A stretch of DNA of 64,000 nt from Candidatus Rokuibacteriota bacterium (GTDB taxonomy: Bacteria; Methylomirabilota; Methylomirabilia; Rokubacteriales; CSP1-6), in NCBI GenBank assembly GCA_040902305.1, contig JBBDXN010000144.1:3532-67531 (forward strand), written 5' to 3'. Under the pieces are notes generated by a model, which worked only from the letters and a program-made list of their open reading frames with translations, did not search any database and was not told where the DNA came from. The translations under genes and the position numbers were made by a program. Positions 8,830 through 16,573 of the stretch are shown here, in pieces (positions within the stretch are counted from its first letter, which is position 1; each line of letters opens with the position of its first letter).

Positions 8830-10200
8830 ATGGCTCGACCCAAGCGCGGGGAGATTCTGTCCCTGACGATCGACGATCTGGCCTTCGGCGGCGAGGGTGT
8901 GGGACGGGCCGATGGCTACGTGGTCTTCGTGCCGGGCGGCCTGCCCGGCGATCGCCTGCGGGTCCGGCTCGTGCAGGCGCGGTCCCGCTTCGGGCGGGGG
9001 GTCATCGAGGCCGTCGAGCAGCCCTCGCCGCAGCGCGTAGAGGCGCCCTGCCCATACTTTGGGCGCTGCGGCGGCTGCCGGCTCCAGCACATGGCCTATC
9101 CGGCCCAGCTCGCCTACAAGGCCAAGCAGGTGGCCGATGCGCTGGAGCGTCTCGGTGGGCTCAAGGGTATCCCGGTGTATCCGATCATCGGCGCCGAGGA
9201 GACCTTCGGCTACCGCAACAAGATGGAGTTCACGGTGGCGCGCGCGGCGCGGGGAACGGTGGTGGGCCTGCACGAGGCCGATCGCTACGACTCGGTGCTC
9301 GACATCGAGCGCTGCCTGCTGCAGTCGGACCGGATGAACGGCCTCCTCGAGGAGGCGCGCGGGTTCTTCGCCGAGCGCGGGCTCACCGTCTACGAGCAGG
9401 ATGGAGGCGAGGGGCTGCTGCGCTTCCTCATGTTGCGGGAGGGCAAGCACACCGGCGAGCTGATGGCCAACGTGGTGACGTCGGCGCCCGCGGTCTCGGA
9501 GCTGGCGCCGCTCGCCCAGCGGCTGCAGGCGCGCGACGCGGGGACCACGAGCGTGGTCATGAACGTGAACCCGAAGAAGGCCAGCGTGGCCGTCGGGGTG
9601 GAGGAGCACCTGCTCGGCGGCCGCGACCACATCCGGGAAGGCGCGGGCGGACTCACCTTCCAGGTCTCCGCCAACTCGTTCTTCCAGACCAATACCCGGC
9701 AGGCCGAGCGCCTCTTCGAGCTGGTCGTCGACGCGGCGGGCCTGACCGGGAGCGAGACCGTCTACGATCTCTACTCGGGCACCGGCGCCATCAGCCTGCT
9801 CCTGGCCCGGCGCTCCCGCTGGGTGTACGGCATCGAGGTGGTGCAGGCCGCGGTGGACGACGCGGGGGTCAACGCGGCGGCCAACCGGATCACCAACTGC
9901 ACGTTCGTGTGCGGTGAGGTGCGCTTCGTGCTGCCCTCGCTGATCGCGAAGGGGGTGACCGCGGAGGTGGTGGTGGCCGATCCGCCGCGCGCGGGCTTTC
10001 ACCCCAAGGCGCTGCACGCGCTCGCCACCCTGGGCGCCCGCCGCATCGTCTACGTGTCGTGCAATCCCACCACCCTGGCCCGTGACCTGGGCGAGCTGGT
10101 GCGCGGCGGCTACCGGCTCGAGTGGGTGCAGCCGGTGGATATGTTCCCGCACACCCCGCACATCGAGGCGGTGGCCCGGCTGGAGCGCGCCGGCTCGTGA
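8830..10200 (+). CDS. rlmD: 23S rRNA (uracil-5)-methyltransferase, RumA/RlmD family
   Basis: 456-aa ORF. N-terminal TRAM-like domain. Fe-S Cys cluster CPYFGRCGGCRLQH. SAM-MTase motifs DLYSGTGAISL and VVADPPRAG. Catalytic region YVSCNPTTLARD. Confidence 0.9.
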   Translation: MARPKRGEILSLTIDDLAFGGEGVGRADGYVVFVPGGLPGDRLRVRLVQARSRFGRGVIEAVEQPSPQRVEAPCPYFGRCGGCRLQHMAYPAQLAYKAKQVADALERLGGLKGIPVYPIIGAEETFGYRNKMEFTVARAARGTVVGLHEADRYDSVLDIERCLLQSDRMNGLLEEARGFFAERGLTVYEQDGGEGLLRFLMLREGKHTGELMANVVTSAPAVSELAPLAQRLQARDAGTTSVVMNVNPKKASVAVGVEEHLLGGRDHIREGAGGLTFQVSANSFFQTNTRQAERLFELVVDAAGLTGSETVYDLYSGTGAISLLLARRSRWVYGIEVVQAAVDDAGVNAAANRITNCTFVCGEVRFVLPSLIAKGVTAEVVVADPPRAGFHPKALHALATLGARRIVYVSCNPTTLARDLGELVRGGYRLEWVQPVDMFPHTPHIEAVARLERAGS

Positions 10201-11114
10201 AGTCGTACCTGCTGCGGCGCCTCTGGCAGTCGCTGCTCGTGCTCTTCGGCGTCTCGGTGGTGGTCTTCCTCATCCTGCACCTGACCGGCGATCCCGCCGC
10301 GCTCCTGCTGCCGCCCGACGCCACCGCGGAGGACATCGCGAACTTCCGCACCGCGATGGGCTTCGACGATCCGGTGGCCGTCCAGTACGTCCGCTTCCTC
10401 AAGGGCGCGCTCCGCGGCGACTTCGGCGAGTCCCTGCGTCACGGCGAGCCCGCGATGGCCCTCGTGGTCGAGCGCCTGCCCGCGACCTTCCAGCTGGCGG
10501 GGGCGGGGCTGCTGATCGCCCTGTGCCTGGCCATCCCGGCGGGCATCATCTCGGCGGTGAAGCGCAATACCGCGGTGGATTACTTCGCGACGGTGGTGGC
10601 GCTGCTCGGGCAGGCCATGCCGACCTTCTGGCTCGGCATCATGCTGATCCTGGTCTTCTCGGTGCGGCTCAACTGGCTGCCGTCCTCCGGGCGCGGCACC
10701 CTCGAGCACCTGATCCTCCCCGCGATCACGCTCGGCCTCTTCACTACCGCGCGCATCACGCGGCTGACCCGCTCCGGGATGCTGGAGGTGCTCGGGCAGG
10801 ACTACATCCGCACCGCGCGCGCCAAGGGGGTGGGGGAGCCGCCGGTGGTCTGGAAGCACGCGCTCAAGAACGCGTCGATCCCGATCGTCACCATCGTGGG
10901 CATCGAGCTAGGCACGCTGCTCGGCGGCTCCGTGATCACCGAGACCATCTTCGCGTGGCCGGGCGTGGGCCGGCTCTCGGTGCAGGCCATCTTCAATCGC
11001 GACTATCCGGTCGTTCAGTCGGCCGTGTTCCTCCTGGCCAGTACCTTCGTCATCGTCAACTTCCTGGTGGACGTGGTCTACACCTACCTCGATCCGCGCA
11101 TCCGGTACCGCTGA
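10197..11114 (+). CDS. ABC transporter permease, DppB/OppB-type
   Basis: The GTG at 10197 overlaps the rlmD stop (GTGA). N-terminus VKSYLLRRLWQSLLVLFGVSVVVFLILHLTGDP. EAA-like loop YIRTARAKGVGE. C-terminal YTYLDPRIRY. The upstream part of the listed ORF is a shadow. Confidence 0.9.
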   Translation: MKSYLLRRLWQSLLVLFGVSVVVFLILHLTGDPAALLLPPDATAEDIANFRTAMGFDDPVAVQYVRFLKGALRGDFGESLRHGEPAMALVVERLPATFQLAGAGLLIALCLAIPAGIISAVKRNTAVDYFATVVALLGQAMPTFWLGIMLILVFSVRLNWLPSSGRGTLEHLILPAITLGLFTTARITRLTRSGMLEVLGQDYIRTARAKGVGEPPVVWKHALKNASIPIVTIVGIELGTLLGGSVITETIFAWPGVGRLSVQAIFNRDYPVVQSAVFLLASTFVIVNFLVDVVYTYLDPRIRYR

Positions 11115-12040
11115 TGGCCGTCTCGCGGCCCTCCACCATCGCCCCCGACGTCGTCCCCGTGGTTCCCCCGCGCCCGTGGGCGGAGCGCGAGTGGGTGACG
11201 CTGCTGCGGCGGCTCGTGCGCCGCCGCACCGCGCTCTTCGGCATGCTCGTGGTGGCGGCGGTTCTGCTCGCCGCGGCGTTCGCCCCGTTCGTGGCCCCGT
11301 TCGACCCCCTCGAGCAGGACATCGGCCAGCGGCTCAAGGAGCCGGGCTGGCAGGACGAGCAGGGGCGCGTGCGACTGCTCGGCACCGACCACCTCGGGCG
11401 CGACATCCTCTCGCGCATCATCTTCGGCTCGCGCATCGCGCTCGTGGTCGGGCTGGCCGCGGTGATGATCTCCGGCGTCCTCGGCATGTTCATCGGGCTG
11501 GTGGCCGGCTACTTCGGCGGGCGGCTGGACGACTTCCTGATGCGCCTGGCCGACATCCAGCTCGCGTTCCCGTTCATCCTGCTCGCGATCGCGGTGATCG
11601 GGGTGCTGGGGCCGAGCCTGCGCAACATCATCATCGTCATCGGCGTGTCGTCCTGGGTGGTCTACGCGCGCGTGGTGCGGGGCGAGGTGCTCTCCATCCG
11701 CGAGCGCGAGTACGTGCACGCGGCGGTGGCGCTCGGCAGCCGGCACTGGCGGGTCCTCGCGAGCCACGTGCTGCCGAACACCTTCACGCCCTGGCTGGTG
11801 GTGGCCACCCTCGACATGGCGCGCGTGATCGTGATCGAGTCCGCGCTGTCCTTCCTCGGGCTGGGTGTGCAGCCGCCCACGCCGACCTGGGGCGGCATGC
11901 TCGCCGACGGCCGCGTGTACCTCTCCACCGCGTGGTGGCTGGCCACCTTCCCCGGCCTCGCGATCCTCGTCACCGTGCTCGGCATCAACCTCTTCGGCGA
12001 CGGCCTCCGCGACACGCTCGACCCGCGGCTCAAGATCTAG
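11114..12040 (+). CDS. ABC transporter permease, DppC/OppC-type
   Basis: The ATG at 11114 overlaps the preceding stop. Motifs: GTDHLGRDILSRIIFG, EYVHAAVALG, and C-terminal NLFGDGLRDTLDPRLK. Only the last 308 codons of the listed 652-aa ORF look real. Confidence 0.9.
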   Translation: MAVSRPSTIAPDVVPVVPPRPWAEREWVTLLRRLVRRRTALFGMLVVAAVLLAAAFAPFVAPFDPLEQDIGQRLKEPGWQDEQGRVRLLGTDHLGRDILSRIIFGSRIALVVGLAAVMISGVLGMFIGLVAGYFGGRLDDFLMRLADIQLAFPFILLAIAVIGVLGPSLRNIIIVIGVSSWVVYARVVRGEVLSIREREYVHAAVALGSRHWRVLASHVLPNTFTPWLVVATLDMARVIVIESALSFLGLGVQPPTPTWGGMLADGRVYLSTAWWLATFPGLAILVTVLGINLFGDGLRDTLDPRLKI

Positions 12041-12084
12041 CCGTGCGTCGCCCTCGCGTCTGCGGTCATCGGCTGCGCGCGAGG

Positions 12085-12233
12085 CGGGTGGGTCCTGTCA
12101 CCGGGGGGCGCGTCCCGGCGGACGGCTCCGTCACCCACTCGCCGGAATCGCCGCTCTGCGAGCGGCGCACCGGACTCGGGGGGCCACTACACTCGTCCGC
12201 CGGGACGCGCCCCCCGGTGACAGGACCCACCCG
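12085..12233. repeat. Perfect 40-bp inverted repeat (arms 12085-12124 and 12194-12233) around a 69-bp spacer
   Basis: The left arm CGGGTGGGTCCTGTCACCGGGGGGCGCGTCCCGGCGGACG equals the reverse complement of the right arm base for base. The spacer carries its own hairpin CGCCGCTC-TGC-GAGCGGCG. Confidence 0.92.
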
Positions 12234-12291
12234 GTCACTCGTGAGTCCCACGATCAGGCCACTTCCACCCGTTCGACCACCCTCGAGGCCC

Positions 12292-13500
12292 ATGGCCAGA
12301 TCTGAAATGGCTGGTTCTGAAACTCTTGTGCTGAGTGGGGCGCGGATCATCGACGGGACGGGGGCGGAGCCCGTGCGCGGGCGGTCGGTCGTGGTGGAGA
12401 AGGGCATCATCACCGCGGTGGTGGAGGATGCGCGGGCGCCGCGCGGGAACGGGGTGGACCTGGCCGGCCACACGCTCTTGCCCGGGCTCATCAACTGCCA
12501 CGTGCACCTCTGCTTCGGGGCGGAGGCCGATCCGGTGCGGCCGATGCGCGAGGAGCCCCTGGCGCTCACCGCCATCAAGGCGCTGCTGCGAGCCCATGAG
12601 ACGGCGCGGGCCGGCGTGACCACCGTGCGCGACCTGGGCGGTCGCGAGTACGCGGAGATCGCGGTCCGCCGCGCCATCCAGGACGGCCTCGTCGACGGCC
12701 CGCGCATCATCGCGGCCGGGCGCCCGGTGTGCATGACCGGCGGGCACGGCCACTGGCTCGCGCGCGAGGCCGACGGGCCCGACGACGCGCGGAAGGCGGT
12801 GCGCGAGCAGCTCAAGGCGGGCGCCGACGTGATCAAGATCATCGCGACCGGAGGGGTGATGACCCCGGGGGTGGAGCCGGGCTCGCCCCAGCTCACGCTC
12901 GAGGAGATGCGCGCGGCCATCGAGGAGGCGAGCCGGGCGGGGCGCCGCACCGCGGCCCACGCGATGGCCGCCACCGGCATCAGCGACGCGGTCGCGGCCG
13001 GGATCACCTCGATCGAGCACGGCGTGTACCTCACCGAGGAGATCGTGGCCCACATGCGGCGGGCCGGGACCTTCCTGGTCCCCACCCTGAACGCTCCCGC
13101 GGCCATCGCGGCGGGCGGGCTCGCGGCGGGCATTCCCGAATACATGGTGCGCAAGTCGGAGCAGGTGGTGCCCCCGCACGTGGCGAGCTTCCAGCTCGCG
13201 CATCGCGCGGGCGTGCGGATCGCGGCGGGCGCCGACTCGGGCACCCCGCTGAATTTCCACGGCTCGCTGCTGCCGGAGCTCACCCTGATGGTGAAGTACG
13301 GCATGACCCCGCTCGAGACGATTCGATCCGCCACCGTGACCGCCGCCGACTGTCTCGGTCTCGGTGACGTGATCGGCCGGGTGGCCCCGGGCTACGCGGC
13401 CGACCTCATCGCGGTGGCGGGCGACCCGGCCGAGCGGATCGAGGCGCTCGCCGACCTCCGGCTCGTGCTGGTGAACGGCCGGACCATACGAGGAGCGTAG
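12292..13500 (+). CDS. Amidohydrolase-family metallo-dependent hydrolase (imidazolonepropionase/prolidase-like)
   Basis: Motifs: LLPGLINCHVHL (HxH), VIKIIATGGV, AAHA, SIEHG, and AAGADSG near the C-terminus. ATG at 12292, with an alternative ATG at 12307. Confidence 0.87.
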   Translation: MARSEMAGSETLVLSGARIIDGTGAEPVRGRSVVVEKGIITAVVEDARAPRGNGVDLAGHTLLPGLINCHVHLCFGAEADPVRPMREEPLALTAIKALLRAHETARAGVTTVRDLGGREYAEIAVRRAIQDGLVDGPRIIAAGRPVCMTGGHGHWLAREADGPDDARKAVREQLKAGADVIKIIATGGVMTPGVEPGSPQLTLEEMRAAIEEASRAGRRTAAHAMAATGISDAVAAGITSIEHGVYLTEEIVAHMRRAGTFLVPTLNAPAAIAAGGLAAGIPEYMVRKSEQVVPPHVASFQLAHRAGVRIAAGADSGTPLNFHGSLLPELTLMVKYGMTPLETIRSATVTAADCLGLGDVIGRVAPGYAADLIAVAGDPAERIEALADLRLVLVNGRTIRGA

Positions 13501-13501
13501 G

Positions 13502-14965
13502 TCAGCGGCCGGGGGCGGCGAGCAGCCCGAGCTGGGCGGCCGCCGCGAGGGCGGCCAGGGCGGCGAAGCCGACCCCGCCCAGGGCCACCACCGCCTCGCG
13601 CCAGAGCGGCGGCCGCAGCGCGTGCGGCAGCAGGGCGCGGTTGAGGCGCAGGGTGTGGAAGGACAGCACCGCGAAGTTGAGCGCCGCGATGTTCGCGCCG
13701 ATCACGATCAGGGTCAGCGGGTCGGCCACCGTCATGGCGAGGCATCCCGCCAGCACCAGGACCGCGACCACCGGGTAGTAGACCCGGCCCGCGGTCGCGG
13801 GCCGCACGCCGGCCGTCCACAGCATCTCGGTCACGTTGCGCGCGAAGCCCTCCACGACGCCGACCTGGGTCGAGAAGAAGATCCAGAATGCGGTCAGCAG
13901 GGCCGGCAGCCAGAGCATTGCCCAGTAGCGCCGGGCGAGCGCGCGGGCGAAGACGGCCCCGGCGCCGAAGCCGCCCATGTCGGCCCCCGGGGGCACCGCG
14001 TCGAGGGCGAGCAGCACGGGTAGCCCCATGCCGATCAGGCAGGCGGCCGTCCACAGGTAGGAGAGGTCCGCGCGGAGGTAGCGCCACCATTCGCGCCACT
14101 TGGCCAGGTTCGCCTCGCTGGGCGGGAAGATGGCGCCGTCGCGGGGCAGCAGGATGGTCTGATCACCGACCGGCGCCGGCTGCGCGCCGACGGTGCCCGC
14201 CATCCCGAAGCCCTTGTCCCGGAGCCAGTAGGTGAGCATGGCGTTGATGGTGCCGCCCGCGCCCGAGTAGGCGGCGAAGGCCGCGAGGAGCGCCCAGTCG
14301 ATGGCGCGGGCGGGGAGCGGCCCCGGCACCCAGCCCGGCTCCCAGAGCGGCCGTCCCGCGAAGCTCCAGGCGAGCGCGCCCCAGGCCGCCCCCGGCACGA
14401 AGAGCAGGCCCAGCACGACGAGGAGCAGCAGCATCCACGCCATCATGATCGCCTCGGTGATCTCGAGCGCGCGGCGGGCGCGCCGGCCGAGGAGCACGAG
14501 ACCCACCGCGCCGAGCAGGAGCAGATAGCCGAGTCCGATCACCGAGGCGCGGTCGTCCTCGCGCGGCACGCGGCCGAGCAGCAGCGCGGCCAGGGCGGAG
14601 CCGCCCGCCAGCGCCCAGCCGGGCCAGCCCACCTGGGCGAGGTGGAGGAGCGAGTAGCCGGCGGCCCAGAAGCGCGGGCCCGGGCGCTGGCGCATGAAGC
14701 CCGTGAAGATGGGCTCGCCGGTGGCGAGCGTATAGCGCGCCATCTCGGCGTTGAGCACGCCCTGGAAGAGGATCGACAGCGTGCAGATCCAGAGGAGGCT
14801 CGACCCGTACCCGGCGGCGATGGCCGGGCCGAGCAGCCAGTCGCCCGCGCCCAGCGAGAGCCCGAGCAGGATCGCGCCCGGCCCGATGACCCGGACCAGG
14901 TTGACCGCGCCGTAGGCGGGCGCGTGCGGCAGGTCACCCTGCCGCCACGCGGGCAGATCGCTCAC
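13502..14965 (-). CDS. Nramp-fold membrane protein lacking the canonical metal-site motifs
   Basis: The GTG at 14965 overlaps the upstream stop (GTGA). VIGPGAILLGLSLGAGDWLLGPAIAAGYGSSLLWICTLSILFQ...ARYTLATGEPI follows the Nramp TM1-TM2 pattern. DPGN is replaced by GAGD, and I see no MPH-type TM6 motif. The protein is multi-TM throughout. Confidence 0.7.
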   Translation of the reverse strand: MSDLPAWRQGDLPHAPAYGAVNLVRVIGPGAILLGLSLGAGDWLLGPAIAAGYGSSLLWICTLSILFQGVLNAEMARYTLATGEPIFTGFMRQRPGPRFWAAGYSLLHLAQVGWPGWALAGGSALAALLLGRVPREDDRASVIGLGYLLLLGAVGLVLLGRRARRALEITEAIMMAWMLLLLVVLGLLFVPGAAWGALAWSFAGRPLWEPGWVPGPLPARAIDWALLAAFAAYSGAGGTINAMLTYWLRDKGFGMAGTVGAQPAPVGDQTILLPRDGAIFPPSEANLAKWREWWRYLRADLSYLWTAACLIGMGLPVLLALDAVPPGADMGGFGAGAVFARALARRYWAMLWLPALLTAFWIFFSTQVGVVEGFARNVTEMLWTAGVRPATAGRVYYPVVAVLVLAGCLAMTVADPLTLIVIGANIAALNFAVLSFHTLRLNRALLPHALRPPLWREAVVALGGVGFAALAALAAAAQLGLLAAPGR

Positions 14966-15531
14966 GCGCGGGCGCGCCTCCGCCGCCAGAGCCAGAGGGT
15001 GAGCCACGCCGCGGGCACGCTCAGCCAGAGCCAGCCCGACGGCGCGGCGGCGGCCAGGTCGATCGCGAGCAGCAGGGTGCCGCCCGCGGCGGCCGCCCAG
15101 AGCAGGAGCCACGCGAGGCCGTCGGCGGCGCGCCGCGCCCCGAGCGCGGCCACGCCGAGGGCGGCGGCGGCCGCGCCGGTGTCGAGCAGGACGTCCGCGA
15201 CGCTTCCCTCGCGGGTGAGCGTGGTCGCCTGGTGCGCCTCGTCGAGCACGGCGGTGAGCAGGGCGAGCCCGAGCGGCCAGCGCCAGGACGCGGGCGCGGT
15301 CAAGGCGCGGCGCCAGAGCAGGGCCAGCACCGCGTACTCGATGACGTGGCCGGCCTTGCGCACCAGCCAGTGCGCTCCCGCGATCTGCTCCGGGGCGGCC
15401 CACGGCAGGAGCGCGCGCAGCCAGGGCTCGAACAGCGACGTGGTGGCGGCGCCGTGCCAGCCGGCGCCCGAGAACCACGCGATCAGGGCCGACCAGGCGA
15501 GCGGCGGCAGGAACTGGAGGGCCGTCGTCAC
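14962..15531 (-). CDS. VanZ-like family membrane protein
   Basis: Motifs LVRKAGHVIEYAVLALL and LDEAHQATTLTREGSVADVLLDTGAA. GTG at 15531 is chosen as the start because the upstream part of the listed ORF is Arg/Pro-rich and looks like junk. Confidence 0.68.
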   Translation of the reverse strand: MTTALQFLPPLAWSALIAWFSGAGWHGAATTSLFEPWLRALLPWAAPEQIAGAHWLVRKAGHVIEYAVLALLWRRALTAPASWRWPLGLALLTAVLDEAHQATTLTREGSVADVLLDTGAAAAALGVAALGARRAADGLAWLLLWAAAAGGTLLLAIDLAAAAPSGWLWLSVPAAWLTLWLWRRRRARA

Positions 15532-15578
15532 GAGGTCAAGCGTGGCACAGGGCCCCCGCGTTAACAACGGCGCGACGC

Positions 15579-15956
15579 TCAGGGGAGTGACCGCTCCACG
15601 AGCAGGACCGCGCCGACGAGCAGGATCGCCACCGATGTGCTCCGGATCACGCGCGTTTCCCATCGGGTGTCCCGGAGCAGGGCCAGCGCGGGTAACGCCA
15701 CGGCCACCACGAGGGCCTGCCCGAGCTCGACTCCCGCGTTGAATCCAAAGAGCGACAGCACGAGGCCCCGGGCACGCCGGATCTGCTCGCCGATCGGAGG
15801 CGGCAGCGTGGCCGGCCAGAGGGTGAGGCGGTACCGGACGCGGTCCCCGTCGATCGTGATCACGGCGTAGCCGTTGCTTCCGCCCGGGTGGGCCAGGGCC
15901 GGACCCGCGGTCGCGGCCGCGAGCAGAACGAGGGCGGCCGGGAGCATACGGCTCAT
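15579..15956 (-). CDS. HupE/UreJ-like small membrane protein, possibly an internally deleted remnant
   Basis: 125 aa. Signal peptide MSRMLPAALVLLAAATAGPALAHP. A short periplasmic segment follows, then directly GFNAGVELGQALVVAVALPALALL (terminal-helix-like). The middle TM helices expected for the family are absent. The ATG overlaps the upstream stop (ATGA). Confidence 0.45.
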   Translation of the reverse strand: MSRMLPAALVLLAAATAGPALAHPGGSNGYAVITIDGDRVRYRLTLWPATLPPPIGEQIRRARGLVLSLFGFNAGVELGQALVVAVALPALALLRDTRWETRVIRSTSVAILLVGAVLLVERSLP

Positions 15957-16573
15957 CGTCGGCCTGCTCTTTCCGCGGTGCCTGGGGCGGCTGCCCCGCC
16001 GGCCACCCGGACCAGGTCCAGCAGGTTGTCGATCTGATACTTCGGAATGGTCACCACGACCGGACTGCCCACCACCATCACGTACTGGCTCACCGTATCC
16101 GGCGCGACGTGACCCACCGCGTACTGGGCGAGCGGCTGGGACTGTCCGCGGCGGTACGCCAGGACGACGACTTCGGGCGTGGCGACGCCGTAGACGCCGG
16201 CCTCGCGCTCGAGCGGGAACTGCCGCTCGATACGCGCCCGGCCGAAGGCCGCGAAGGTGCGGGCGATGCGCTCCGCGAGCGCGGGATCGGGCGTGTGCGT
16301 GTGGGCCGCGGCGGCCTCCGTGTGAATGCCGTGATAGAACCAGGCCCCGGTCGCCTCCCGCTCGAAGCGATGCAGCCGCCCGCGGTCGGCGATCTCGATC
16401 GCCCCGAGCTCGTCCAGCGGCGCGGACAGCAGCCGGCGCGCGTCGGTCTCCTGCGCGCGCCCCGACGTCCCTCGCCGGTAGTCCCCGTACTCGATCGCGA
16501 CGACCACCGCGGCCAGGACCGCCAGCAGCAGCCACACCACCACGAACCGCCGGGGGAGGCGGACCGGGCTCAA
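15953..16573 (-). CDS. DUF4340-like accessory protein of the GldG/ABC-2 system (hypothetical)
   Basis: The TTG at 16573 overlaps the gldG-like stop. It has an N-terminal TM segment (RRFVVVWLLLAVLAAVVVAI). Its position after a GldG-like gene is typical for DUF4340. The family call rests on context only. Confidence 0.55.
   Translation of the reverse strand: MSPVRLPRRFVVVWLLLAVLAAVVVAIEYGDYRRGTSGRAQETDARRLLSAPLDELGAIEIADRGRLHRFEREATGAWFYHGIHTEAAAAHTHTPDPALAERIARTFAAFGRARIERQFPLEREAGVYGVATPEVVVLAYRRGQSQPLAQYAVGHVAPDTVSQYVMVVGSPVVVTIPKYQIDNLLDLVRVAGGAAAPGTAERAGRR

Noticed and set aside
10082-12040. The 652-aa ORF in the track considered as a single large protein.
   Set aside because: Its first ~344 codons are an out-of-frame shadow over the rlmD 3' end and the DppB-type gene. 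Only the part from ATG 11114 has permease features.
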